In this document: piece after piece, positions 40,601-48,219 of the stretch | How the letters are laid out: each line of letters opens with the position of its first letter | Position numbering within the stretch: position 1 is the stretch's first letter | NCBI GenBank assembly: GCA_964606385.1 | Contig: CAZSFZ010000005.1 | Location: forward strand, 40,650 to 104,649 | Origin: an uncultured bacterium | GTDB lineage: Bacteria > Omnitrophota > Omnitrophia > Omnitrophales > Aquincolibacteriaceae | Direction: 5' to 3' | DNA: 64,000 nt | The notes under the pieces: model-generated | What the model was told of the DNA's origin: nothing | The model's input: the letters and a program-made list of their open reading frames with translations, nothing else | The model's database searches: none | Position numbers and translations under genes: made by a program

Positions 40601-43600
40601 GCCAAGCTGAAACAGATCCTCAAAGATTCTTCCATCAATGCGGAAATGAGTATCATGATCCACAAGACTTATTCTCAAGAAGTGGCAAGGCTGAAAACTG
40701 TTACCGTCACGGGAGCCGCCGGGATCGGAAGCCAAGCCCTTGAAGTTTATTTGTCGGGGGATTATTTAGAAAAAGGGCAGGCTGCTTATAACATCGGGGT
40801 CGGGAATTTCCAGAAGATCGTGAATACCGTTTCGGTCTCGGGGATTTCGGGATTGCCGGCCTCACTGGCAAAAGTCGCCCGGCGCGGGCAGGCTTACGCA
40901 GCGGAAATAGAGGGATTCCAGGAAGTTCTGGAGGCTACCAACAATGTCCCTTCGACCGGCCAAGATCTTTTAGCCATGAATACCCGTGGCCGCTCCGAGG
41001 TGAGGACTGTGGATCAAAGTGAAATTGCAGAACGTGTCGCGGCGAAGCATCCGTCGTCCAGCCGGTTTTCGAAAGAACCGATCTTGGGTTTTGAGATCAT
41101 GAGCGTGGATTGGAAAAATATTCCCAAGGCGATTCGGGACCGGCTTGGGAAAGTGGATCAAACCTACAAGGAGGGAGTCGAAAAAGTTCTCGCGGCGAAT
41201 ATCGGGGGATTCATTGCGCTTCAGATGAAAGGGGACCAGCCGGATTTTTATATCGTTAGCCCCCGGGTGGCGCAGGGGAAATACCAGAAAACCGTGATCG
41301 GTTATGAGGGGTATGACAAACTGGTCCGGGCGATGAAAGCGGGTGTGGTCGAGATGATCCGCATGTCGGATCTCGGCTATTCAAAAGACGAATCCGTTTC
41401 CATTCAAGTGGATTGGGGGAGCGGTCCCGAGAAGCAGACGAAGCCCGCGGGTCAGGATGCCTATCTCGCCCATGACGGGAAACAGTGGTACATGCTGAAT
41501 GTCAACGTCGAGGGGCTTCCCATCAGTTATGTTCCCGTTTCAGCGTCCGGATCTGCGGCGAATCGTGTCGATCTGATGATCAAAGGACTGATCGATGTGA
41601 TCGCGCGCCGGCAGAATTTGTCCGATGAAGACCGGAAAAAAGTTGAGATGATTGCGGAACTTGCCAAAACGGCGCATTCGGGCCAGAAACGGAAGAACGG
41701 GGATCCGTATTTCCGGCATCCGCTCGAAATGGCGTGGTACATGATGACGCGATTCGGTAATTATTCGCCGGTTGAGTTTCAAGTCAATCTTCTGCATGAC
41801 ACTCGCGAGGACCAGGCCGAATTTTATGAAGCGATCAAAGCGATCCTGGATGATATGTTCGCGCAGTTGGAAAAACTGGGAGATTCCGCCCAAACCGAAC
41901 AGGATCGCAGGAATTACAACTTGATCCGACTTGGCGTGAGGCTTTTAACGAAGATCGTGCCTGAGGAGGTCCGGGGCGCGGATGGGACTGTCAAATGGCA
42001 AATTACCCACAAGGATGTGAACGGAAAGGATGTTACGAGGACTTTTGATAGCGAGGCCGATGCCGATGCGGCCGGACAGATCCAATACTACACGCAAATG
42101 TTGAATCCGCACCGCTATTTCAGAAAAGAGATCATTGCCGCGGGGATTTCCGAGGATGAGGCCGCGCGGATCCGCGGTCGGTACGCGGATTATGACGATG
42201 CCTTTATTCGCGGGATCCAGCAAGCCAAATTAAGTGACAGGATCGTTAACACACGGGACCTGATGAACCTTTTCAACCCGCAAGTCGAGCAGACCGATTC
42301 GATCCGGAAATTTCCCGCGCGGATGATCGGTAAAACGCTGGATTGGATGATCCCGAATCTGGTTGAAGCGGAAAATGCCGGGCAAGGGCTGCATCCCGAT
42401 GATCGCCGGATGTTCTATGAGGGATTTGTGGGGATCCTTGTGGATTACGCCAATCTTGATACGGGATTAAATCCCATGGTCAAGCCGCTGAAAGACGCCG
42501 CCCTCGCGACGCTCCGGGATCCCCGCTTGCAAGTCGGTATTGAGATCGCGGGAATGCGCCGGGAGGTCGACGAGGCGATACAACATCGTTCCGAAGTCCG
42601 TGCGGGAGAGGTTCAGCCGCTCCGGCTGAACGAGCAAAAAGAGAATGAGTTTTATGAGAGGTGGGGAGAGTCATTAAAGAAGAGCGGCCATCGTTCACCT
42701 CAAGCCCTTATCAATATTGCGCAACATATCCGCGAAAGCCGGCAGGTCGTAAGCTATGCGGATTTTCTTGGGCAAATGAAGGGGATGCAGCCGAAGCTGG
42801 CAGCGGCCTTGGGGACCACGGGATCTTATGCGGTTGTTTGGGATGAGCCGGCGGAAGGCGAGGCGGATCACATGAAATTGCACAAATCCCGCCGCTGGGC
42901 GTGGTCGCTTATCCGTGATGGCTTGCGCGCGCCGTCAGCCGAGATCTATGGGAACGAGCTCGGTAAGGCTCGCGGCGTCTCAACATTTGTGATCGCGGAT
43001 GACGCGAGTTATAGCGGAACTCAGATCCGGGAAACGATTGAAAGGATCTCAAAGGCGAATCCGAGGGCTCAAATCACTATAGCTGTTCCCTACATGACAA
43101 GCCGGGCCGAACGCGTGATACGGTCCCGGAGAGGGCTTCCGGAGGGCGTTTCCATTAGAGTTCTGGAACATGAGACCATGCCGACGCTTTCTGAGATTCT
43201 CACGAAGTCCGAACGCGACCTTTTTGCCGATAACCGTACTGCATTCGGGACGGTGACGATCGATGGGAAATCCTACGATGTGCTGCTGACGGCCGTGACG
43301 CTCTTCGATCATAAGGTCGCTGATTCTTGGTCGGTTTATCAGCGTCTCGCACAATTCTATGATCCAGTGACGCCGCCCTACAAGAATGAGCGGAGCGCGT
43401 ATTATCAGGAAGAATCAGGAACGCTTGCTGCCGAAGAAGTTCCGGTGCGGGCGGAGGTGCTAGAGCCTGAATTTTATAAAACAGAGACAAAGTTCCAGCT
43501 TGTGGATTCGAGCGCGCGACCGGGGGAACCGGAAGCCCAAAAGGTTCCCACGCTGCGAGCGTTTGAAGTGTTTAATCTGGATCTGACCACAGAGGAACAG

Positions 43601-46600
43601 CGGAATGTTGTAGAACGGATCCAGAACGGACAAGCCCCGAATGTGATGCTCTTGACCCGTGAGGCGTTGCTTAGCAAAGGAGCGTTCACGGCGGATACAA
43701 AAGCGGGAATTTTCCCTGCGGAGCTGAGGGGAACGGAGTTGGCATTGGGGGATAACGGAAAAGCTTTGTTCCAGACCTTGTATGTGAATCTTTTGGATCC
43801 GAGGCTGCAGGGTGAAGGAAATATCCGTGTCAGCGTCGCCGGTTTGTTCCGAATTAGAGTTGACCGGGCCGATATCACGGGATTTTCAGAACCTCTTTAC
43901 CTGGTGATTCTCAATAAAAATCGTCGGACTCCCGAAGGCCTTTTGACCGTTGGAGCGATCGGCGGAGCTTATCAAACCCAAGGTGTGGCGGCGCCGCAGG
44001 ATATACGCGGACTTATAGAAAAACCGGATTCCGAAGCTTTCCTGCAATGGTTCGTGACGGGACAGGGGCGGGAAACCAACCCTTTGAGAGAATTTGAAGA
44101 AGAGGTCCTTGGCGCAGCCGGCGACCAGGTAAATCTTTTTGACGAGCTTCCCACAGCCCTTCGTAATTTCAAGACCCGTTCGGAAGCACGGGAGCAAATG
44201 GTAGACATGGATGTAGGTAAAACATACGCGATGACGCTTGGCTCGAATGGCGTATGGGAAAAGAAAGAAGTCGGGGCGGATGTATGGCCCAAGAATGCGG
44301 AAGATATCAAGCCGGGCCGTATGGGGATGATCGATCTGACCGCGGCAGGTCATCGGCCGATCGGTTTTGAACTGAATTTTTGCAGCGCGTTGGTTCTTTT
44401 TACCCCGACCGCAGTCTATTATGCCCATTCGTTTTTTGAGAATCTGAATAATCTGCACGATACCAACCGGTTGATCCGAAATCAGTTTTACGGCCGCGAA
44501 CAGCAAGTCACCGCGATGTTAGGATGGGGGACGGATTATCAGCGGATGCCGGCTGAGAAACAGGAGAAGCTTGTGTCGCAGCAAAAGGCCTTTGGCGACA
44601 TTCTGTCCGAAGGATTTAATACATTATCCCTGGAGCCCGGTGAAAATATCATCCTAAAAGTCGCTTTTGATCCCAAAACACAGACGCTCTATGCGCGGCA
44701 GGAAAAACCGGTGGGCCGTTCTGAAGCGAGAGAAGAGGATGCAACCTCGAGCGTTCTCCGGGTCAAAGGGGACAAAATACCGATCCTGGTGCGTGATTTT
44801 ATCGGAACGCAGATCAAATCGGGCACGAGTGCCCTTGAGATGGGCATCGGGTCGGGGGCCTTGACACGCGATCTCGCCGAAGGGGCCTCCCGATTGAAGG
44901 ACGTTCAATTCGTTGGCGTGGATATCAATCCGGAAGCGGTGCAGATGTCCCGGTCGCTGCTCGGCAAATACAGGAATGTGCGCGTCTTGGAAAGTGATCT
45001 CTTCTCAGCCTTCACAAAGGGAGAAAAATTCGATGTGATTTTCTGGAATCCTCCCTGGTCCTCCCAGGGCGAGGCCGGCACGCTGGCGCTCGCAAAATCC
45101 GATCCCGGCTTCGAGACTCTTAGCCGCTTCTTTAAAGAAGCACCCATGTTTTTGAAGCCTGGGGGAAAAGTGTTCCTGATCATGCCTGTCGAGGCCATGG
45201 AGGAGATCTGGGAGGATGCCTCCGCGAAGTTCGAGATCGATAGAAAAGGCTGGGAGAAAACCAAGAATTCCAACATTGGAATTTTTGAGTTGAAACCTAG
45301 GGCGCTTGAGCAAGTTCAGGCGTCGGATGCCGTGATTTCATCGGATTCCGATTGGCGGGAGGTTTTTCAGGACAATAGTCGTCCGTTATTTGTGGAAGTT
45401 GGCGTGGGAGACGGCAAGAAAAGCATGTTGGTCGCTGAAAGCCGTCCGGACGCGAATTTCATCTTGATTGAACCGGAGGCAAGCGCTTTCCAAAAATTGC
45501 AGCAGACGGTTCGTGATTCGGGATTAACTAATATCCGGATCGTACGGGGTCAGGACGGCGACCTGTTTGATCTTCAAAAGGGAAGCGGCTTTATCGACCT
45601 GATCTATTGCGTGGCGCCGTTCGTGAACACGCCGTGGCCTTATTTCTTTTCCGAAGGTCCGAAGGCGCCCACATACCAGCGTGCATTGAGCTTATTGAAA
45701 AGCCGCGGGGAGATACTGGTCATGCCCGATGAAACGCTTGCTGGCGAGTGGTACGACCATTTTGAAGGGCAATACCCGAATGCCGAGATCGTGCCGCAAA
45801 GCCGTGTTTTCCCGGGATTGAATGCCGCCCTGGAACGCTATCATCAACAAGTGCTCGATTTTAAATATAGCGACCCTATTGTGATCACACGGCGCTCAGA
45901 GAATCGCGCAGTTTCAGGTTTTTGGTCTTCTGTGGAGTCGAAAGATATTGTCGCGGAAGCTCGGGACAAGGGGCCGGACGCGGCACGTGCGATGTTTGAA
46001 CGATCAGGCCGCACGGAATTGGGAAAGATTGGTGATGCTTACGATGCGGGAAGTACGGATTTGATGTCGGTTTTGAGAGATGCGCCGTCAATGTCCGCGG
46101 CGCTTCCCGAGGCAGTCGCGCAGCTATCCGGCCGTATGGGGAATGATGCCAATTTGTTCAACTGGCCCGCCCTGCAAGCCGGCCTTGAGAATATCCTGAT
46201 GCCGACGGCGATGGCGCTCGAAACCGTGAACGCGGATGTGGCGAATATTGTTCCCGCCCAGATGAAGCTTCTCATCGATACGTTGGCAAATATCAAAGGA
46301 TCGCTCACGATCGGTCTGGACCTCGGAACGGGGAAGGATGCGGAGATCGGCAGCGCGGTTTTGGAACAGCTTATCAAAGCGATCGGCGAGCGCAGCGGCA
46401 TCGTCAATGAACTTGCCGTGAGCGGTAAGCTGCCCGGGCCGGCGCGTCAAACCCTGAAATCAAGGGGTATCAATGACCGGCCGATCCGGCCGAACCAGTC
46501 CTTTATTCCGATCAATGCGCAGGATGCTGTTCCGCTGGTCATGAGTTCGAGCGCGGCGAACGGTGTGATCCATCAAGTATTCTATCCGATCGTCGGCGAT

Positions 46601-46882
46601 CGAGGAGCCGTGACCGATACGCTTGTGAACGATTACGCGAATCTCCTGGAAGTGGTGGCGGCGATCCACTGTGCGGATATCATTTCACGTCAGCCCAATT
46701 TGCTGAAGCAGCCCGAGCTTTTGAAAGCCGAACTTCTTAAGACGCTTTTCCGTCAGGAGCAGGGCGCTGTTGAGAACCTGATCCAGGTGCGCGCGGGAGG
46801 ACGCGGATTTACGGTCTCGAGCGCGGCGGTGAAGGTCTATCTCGAGATGATGGCGAAGCAGTCGGTCGAGAAGGCAGCGTAA
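31637..46882 (+). CDS. Giant secreted/membrane multidomain protein (5081 aa). N-terminal signal/TM; kinase-like (~36120-36650); internal signal-like segment (37739-37808) followed by HEFFGH metallopeptidase motif (38018-38035); TM pair (~39040-39210); second internal signal-like segment (39815-39890) followed by PG_binding_1 domain (~39900-40110) and SLT-like region; SpoT-type HD domain (~41650-41830); PRTase-like motif (~42985-43025); HemK-like methyltransferase (~44790-45290, NPPW); TrmB-like methyltransferase (~45370-45600)
   Basis: 15.2-kb stop-free frame. Motifs read: AIALGVAFVFTLTSITWSTPTLAAPS; KVTLTRSAGD...EEFIEG...PRDMHSNNFVV...MVDIG (kinase-like); AQHEFFGHG; YGFYGPKTKAAVTRLQ...DGDYGPGTDRALRAWQ; AHSGQKRKNGDPYFRHPLEMA...LLHDTRED; FVIADDASYSGTQI; LEMGIGSGALT...FDVIFWNPPW; LFVEVGVGDGKKSMLVAESRPDANFILIEPE. 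Ten RSE[VLA]R motifs mark the boundaries. Confidence 0.85.
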   Translation: MFKKSGQTHRRGSRAIALGVAFVFTLTSITWSTPTLAAPSDVSLAPAMPIEKLSIPAEMGSISKTYRGSGDVAPHDRMVVLIQDAHAVVDAQENISKILGHLGKAYGIRLTALEGAKGRLEPILFRAFPDPIVKRNILAGYENRAELSGPEMASVFQEEAADFRGMEDWALYEQNYFAYLRGQEKKEALLKKWSGFKEKRDKERAKVYDEKLNEFQEARENFLAERSSLLDLLVYLSNFKPLFSSGDYKELPGLIDSMGYEKAGKSEALVPMVRKIADEFKVKYLRSLGVKTEMNFYNRYQAFMTGQITAGQMLQYLVQVGREHGKNIKLTPALKKLLGHAELLSEIRGSTLYEELQRFLPVVEASLLKTPEQRKMADVYGKLFLLRELIELELTHEALEKYQKEPDAYLDLLGDPQFRKDLVPALEFYRAALERDQAFLAKINAMMADSKQNNAAVVAGGFHTNGIERLLKNKGISYAVVTPKIASLAGIENYAKVMKGDISFKDDLKTTYFDALMRHASKALIEALPIPDRVRTLKTWRDNLIRELAKQGRITEAGKYLPYIDGILQTMPEMVSAVGPVRTKEETLDLIRKELERFKKDSLERIWKTFEFQLGVFTDGLKQLIAKKDLNESSVSLLLNRASQTKPQFVSWVQCLDGEIGVLGQSVPMVPDTSNIFATRPQILDELGRIAQGTPLGIAGPAIAATAAQLSKIGMATEEAVRSGEIGTPEPSVTGPAVEGIVDQLAAGADKRVVAAQLANEMNSQLPGRIAPTSDLRSEARSELRAELEKRLGAMRSFGRNERFAGATVRIYLEKKGEFYEWVVKASDANIFHFVMRENLAGELVGYYQRFEVDRQSRSETAQGDIHTVGESKAFGNHHFFAGKRDQSMDPLHFSVRPGKDAKGAFVNIEVESKEKGVEVRWDGSMEKVPEKVLEAKKEEVPHDDTPTAETVETLEPEESVTNREAFGPEQYTLAGITRSPRTISVDVPAFRFRNGRIEQNPDYHNPALEGDESFSEIVRALEKELSGLSQQDQAVLTQAANGWILGDDAVSDWITHAVHLLNERDYTKRDLGLRDFIRQYLKDSLRYLRASGQEQARFAEELAKHYRYFSRTQLLREKPQSKFSVLHGSDLSRLRIAPEGDSRSLSPHVMTIEPIVYQFNKGRRFRGEEIPPEKLVFAKWKGRTFLFYTSRTHAVAGVTQHTWRHAEAYFGLRGGWLVKHMGESYPENMDDLPPQIGQLLDEIIYSPDVRTLQSSEAFVKRADELGLLNFTDWNELATIFEARSADDLKRTMGKVRGAGLVDKLSGMKVNPQILQARDYMLEQFNNPDADDESPTQNFEEPETETWDTPTRSEVRDALSSEQNIAGSVERIGQALLKVAPKNLAGVDIAEAAVAVQAFRSDMGGNVKVVFQPDRTAENPRPKKVMLSDGEGEIILLRSQDLLDMIDLRYVGREMNIKENIREEDIPAFKRPEVAEIHQELKLFLSTLTRNRFLEMVRNISGDSSLQWEDLGGDVSLDAYMAGSNKHVFKVTLTRSAGDALSFAVATKIGRTDASIAQTEINEMEVLNDRPEQVTPRFGGARHTKGRRWYVEEFIEGKTVRDLEKENRVTEDVRRGVISALLSVSMGLKGKMPRDMHSNNFVVRQSDGRVIMVDIGVNRFNVLDQIDNAIQKETQAHHRIASLAVILAQYGYVEGSPEQNDFIFDTLMNDEDLPPGEGKRWVEGVYQNLAGRDVSEIADFLHNRKWLNHFRSIFESRGYGEYPTEEQSKSALRSVASMLQTSITRYAEERGMKSGQPSVSLIPSVGERSTRSEVRTGSDGADASIPGNVRTQALAEIGGVMISARSLADMVPFVQDAIRVAVAGNNYQGLEEFSEILTVMVPALDGQDHVFIVAPRFPTKENKVGTFHQELVEKAGLGSRKKEMIRASLDFAPMGVLEEIYLIPSISGLRVGDDGTVDASSKLPELKQFGSFLFDVFSGMGYTPQDLDKIKLTLDSSVQDALGGREIRLSQLAEVSAEDASRSELRLRDMYGYLMNKVLMPAVLAVWLALPSFATAQPNQPYSARFDPAMGMEAGAENLYSGYRALNEFAIDPVTGSIPYLENNPLGRFVKLFAVDRISADFFWVAQHEFFGHGAQSREVGDYGSSYRMNFETPRLEYFNGYRIFGWWSGAASRGDREYSTDESLETIAGGMESTQVMSDWIRWNMFRYGATAQDAVLYYVSKLDLTDYIETTPSPASRAGLIVKGGGNSDVDAYGEEMTAKYGEDADLWSDMERAALWNALDPTIWISAFRQLDYVARGTREFRLPRILPYTGANLTPLGPEYYLGAHFTAAELYYDVYGRKGVGPAGEFYGAGLRVGDIDLGNGYSLGMNLDAWDQERFGFAVRTTVSKSLSDRFRISAGADYKTEGYLKGRQSDEGVSGFISVQGALSRPEVRSTSGRSELREGEVSVKAGLFDAVIQLNEAVKYLIMPASMLAGFYLWKSSLLLLAKASLLPEGTLMIVASFTTAFLGVVLGANAMLRLLFNPERTTIYRGIHGSADTILDVLRRGDIVEAPKPSDEIAWSEVIGHFGGKPSSSLKSMTPQKRWAEYYTLFSAYGQKDVSRGERFLNAFKEIFARKFMKDQRIKIVTTPEEGAQLLSELQEQGGINGEIGLLETVPGVPNAQSRMLYWNPFGGHIEIALAYGVTPKEISTVEIFIPREGNEHLGLEALSERAAGSVRSELRGMISRMTLGLTMAAILSFSALSAEGAQKRDAKTSQIQTELVSMGYLQDSDVQGNYGFYGPKTKAAVTRLQTDLKKTGHYKGPIDGDYGPGTDRALRAWQQAQGTAPAVPEAAVPVEGDQDVIDALEDLRGLRRDAPEHIFNLLLDSGQRRLSFDAKSELVSQMSFQEVLEKVSVRSGLAASEFERIAQKYDVPVESLIARGFKENPKFDPLVSGPDGRDIGLFQVRIDTVRDGRFFPLLKDLAVQEGLLKGAEAKASSRSITDAKLKQILKDSSINAEMSIMIHKTYSQEVARLKTVTVTGAAGIGSQALEVYLSGDYLEKGQAAYNIGVGNFQKIVNTVSVSGISGLPASLAKVARRGQAYAAEIEGFQEVLEATNNVPSTGQDLLAMNTRGRSEVRTVDQSEIAERVAAKHPSSSRFSKEPILGFEIMSVDWKNIPKAIRDRLGKVDQTYKEGVEKVLAANIGGFIALQMKGDQPDFYIVSPRVAQGKYQKTVIGYEGYDKLVRAMKAGVVEMIRMSDLGYSKDESVSIQVDWGSGPEKQTKPAGQDAYLAHDGKQWYMLNVNVEGLPISYVPVSASGSAANRVDLMIKGLIDVIARRQNLSDEDRKKVEMIAELAKTAHSGQKRKNGDPYFRHPLEMAWYMMTRFGNYSPVEFQVNLLHDTREDQAEFYEAIKAILDDMFAQLEKLGDSAQTEQDRRNYNLIRLGVRLLTKIVPEEVRGADGTVKWQITHKDVNGKDVTRTFDSEADADAAGQIQYYTQMLNPHRYFRKEIIAAGISEDEAARIRGRYADYDDAFIRGIQQAKLSDRIVNTRDLMNLFNPQVEQTDSIRKFPARMIGKTLDWMIPNLVEAENAGQGLHPDDRRMFYEGFVGILVDYANLDTGLNPMVKPLKDAALATLRDPRLQVGIEIAGMRREVDEAIQHRSEVRAGEVQPLRLNEQKENEFYERWGESLKKSGHRSPQALINIAQHIRESRQVVSYADFLGQMKGMQPKLAAALGTTGSYAVVWDEPAEGEADHMKLHKSRRWAWSLIRDGLRAPSAEIYGNELGKARGVSTFVIADDASYSGTQIRETIERISKANPRAQITIAVPYMTSRAERVIRSRRGLPEGVSIRVLEHETMPTLSEILTKSERDLFADNRTAFGTVTIDGKSYDVLLTAVTLFDHKVADSWSVYQRLAQFYDPVTPPYKNERSAYYQEESGTLAAEEVPVRAEVLEPEFYKTETKFQLVDSSARPGEPEAQKVPTLRAFEVFNLDLTTEEQRNVVERIQNGQAPNVMLLTREALLSKGAFTADTKAGIFPAELRGTELALGDNGKALFQTLYVNLLDPRLQGEGNIRVSVAGLFRIRVDRADITGFSEPLYLVILNKNRRTPEGLLTVGAIGGAYQTQGVAAPQDIRGLIEKPDSEAFLQWFVTGQGRETNPLREFEEEVLGAAGDQVNLFDELPTALRNFKTRSEAREQMVDMDVGKTYAMTLGSNGVWEKKEVGADVWPKNAEDIKPGRMGMIDLTAAGHRPIGFELNFCSALVLFTPTAVYYAHSFFENLNNLHDTNRLIRNQFYGREQQVTAMLGWGTDYQRMPAEKQEKLVSQQKAFGDILSEGFNTLSLEPGENIILKVAFDPKTQTLYARQEKPVGRSEAREEDATSSVLRVKGDKIPILVRDFIGTQIKSGTSALEMGIGSGALTRDLAEGASRLKDVQFVGVDINPEAVQMSRSLLGKYRNVRVLESDLFSAFTKGEKFDVIFWNPPWSSQGEAGTLALAKSDPGFETLSRFFKEAPMFLKPGGKVFLIMPVEAMEEIWEDASAKFEIDRKGWEKTKNSNIGIFELKPRALEQVQASDAVISSDSDWREVFQDNSRPLFVEVGVGDGKKSMLVAESRPDANFILIEPEASAFQKLQQTVRDSGLTNIRIVRGQDGDLFDLQKGSGFIDLIYCVAPFVNTPWPYFFSEGPKAPTYQRALSLLKSRGEILVMPDETLAGEWYDHFEGQYPNAEIVPQSRVFPGLNAALERYHQQVLDFKYSDPIVITRRSENRAVSGFWSSVESKDIVAEARDKGPDAARAMFERSGRTELGKIGDAYDAGSTDLMSVLRDAPSMSAALPEAVAQLSGRMGNDANLFNWPALQAGLENILMPTAMALETVNADVANIVPAQMKLLIDTLANIKGSLTIGLDLGTGKDAEIGSAVLEQLIKAIGERSGIVNELAVSGKLPGPARQTLKSRGINDRPIRPNQSFIPINAQDAVPLVMSSSAANGVIHQVFYPIVGDRGAVTDTLVNDYANLLEVVAAIHCADIISRQPNLLKQPELLKAELLKTLFRQEQGAVENLIQVRAGGRGFTVSSAAVKVYLEMMAKQSVEKAA

Positions 46883-46887
46883 GGCCA

Positions 46888-46970
46888 CGTAGAACGCGGC
46901 CGGGAAACGTGGAACGGTTAACGTTAAAGCAGTCGTGCGTTCAGCGTTTCCCGTTCACCGTTCCCCGCGG
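46888..46970. repeat. Heptamer inverted-repeat element between the convergent giant ORF 2 and the minus-strand transporter; likely bidirectional terminator
   Basis: CGTAGAACG..GGGAAACG TGGAACG GTTAACG / CGTTCAG CGTTTCC CGTTCAC CGTTCCC; it starts 6 nt after the giant ORF 2 stop and ends 4 nt before the stop of the minus-strand gene. Confidence 0.6.
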
Positions 46971-46973
46971 TTC

Positions 46974-48218
46974 TCAGCGAAAGAATATCAGCGTAAGGAT
47001 CAGGAAAAGCGGTAGCAGGACCGCTCCCGACCACAAAACATATCCGAAAAAGCTCGGCATCTTCCAGCCCCGGTGCTGAGCGATCGAGCGCACCATGAAA
47101 TTCGGAGCGTTTCCGATGTAGGTCATCGCTCCGAAAAAAACAGCTCCCACGCTGATCGCGACCAGTAGCGCTTCCGGAATGTTTAGATGAGGCCCCGCGA
47201 GTTTCAATCCCTGGGCAAGCGAAACGAAGGTTAGATAAGTCGGCGCGTTATCGAGGAAGGATGAAAACGCTCCGGTGGCCCAGAAGAACTGCCAGGGAGC
47301 CGTGACACCCAATTCGCCGCCGCGGAGGTAAAGGATCTCAAGGGCGGGTTCCATGGTAATGAAAATGCCGAGAAAGAGGATCGCGACCTCCAGAATGGGA
47401 TAAAAATTGAAACCGTTCGCGTGGTGATAGGTCTTGGGGGTGATCCTGAGCGACAACAGAGCGGCCGCGACCATGACGATCTCCCGGGCGGGCTGGGGGA
47501 CCCAGATCGTGGATGCGATGATCATGGCGAGACATCCGAGGTTCCGCAATCCCTTGATGTGAACAGGAATATCCGAGCGTGCTTCTTTCTGGAGACGTTT
47601 GGTTTCATGATCGAAAGCCCTGTGGTCGATCACGTAGAAAAGAACCAGGAGGATGCCCGTCGCGAGGAGCCAGAAAGGGAAAAGTTTGAGGGTCCAGAAA
47701 AAGGGAACGCCCAATAAAAATCCCAGGAAAAGGGGCGGATCTCCGAGTGGCGTCAGAAGCCCGCCGATATTGCTGACGAGCATGATAAAAAAGATCGGGA
47801 TGTGAATATGGTGTTTGCGGTACTGGTTCGCGAAAAGAAGGGGGCGGATCAGGACCATGCTGGCGCCCGTGGTTCCGATGAAATTGGCAAGTACTGCGCC
47901 CAGAGCGAGCATCAGGGTATTCGCCAGGGGCGTGCTGACGAGATCTCCCGTAATGCAGATGCCGCCTGAGATGATGAAAAGGGAGCCAAGAAGAATGACG
48001 AAGGATAGATAATGCTCCAGGCCTGACAAAAGAAGGTAAGAATTATTGACGAGGCATAAATAGACGACCGGGATCGAAAAGAAAGCGGCCACCCACGCTT
48101 GGTTCTTCAGGGAATGCCAGAATTTCGGAGCGGCAAGCGGCAGGATCGCGATCGAGAGAAGAAGACCGATAAAAGGGGTGGTCATCCAGAATTCCGGCAG
48201 CCATTCGTGATGGTTCAT
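46974..48218 (-). CDS. Polytopic membrane transporter, ion-transporter (ArsB/NhaD-like) superfamily, putative Na+/H+ antiporter
   Basis: ~12 TM helices with paired re-entrant-loop-like motifs (TPLGDPPLFLGF and IGNAPNFMV). The family assignment is by pattern recall only. Confidence 0.7.
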   Translation of the reverse strand: MNHHEWLPEFWMTTPFIGLLLSIAILPLAAPKFWHSLKNQAWVAAFFSIPVVYLCLVNNSYLLLSGLEHYLSFVILLGSLFIISGGICITGDLVSTPLANTLMLALGAVLANFIGTTGASMVLIRPLLFANQYRKHHIHIPIFFIMLVSNIGGLLTPLGDPPLFLGFLLGVPFFWTLKLFPFWLLATGILLVLFYVIDHRAFDHETKRLQKEARSDIPVHIKGLRNLGCLAMIIASTIWVPQPAREIVMVAAALLSLRITPKTYHHANGFNFYPILEVAILFLGIFITMEPALEILYLRGGELGVTAPWQFFWATGAFSSFLDNAPTYLTFVSLAQGLKLAGPHLNIPEALLVAISVGAVFFGAMTYIGNAPNFMVRSIAQHRGWKMPSFFGYVLWSGAVLLPLFLILTLIFFR

Positions 48219-48219
48219 A

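Noticed and set aside
42985-43025. PRTase (phosphoribosyltransferase) domain in giant ORF 2 from FVIADDASYSGTQI
   Set aside because: It matches only the flavour of the PRPP-binding motif (hydrophobic x3-DD-x-x-x-SG-T), with several non-canonical positions. It is mentioned as a weak similarity only and is not called as a domain feature.
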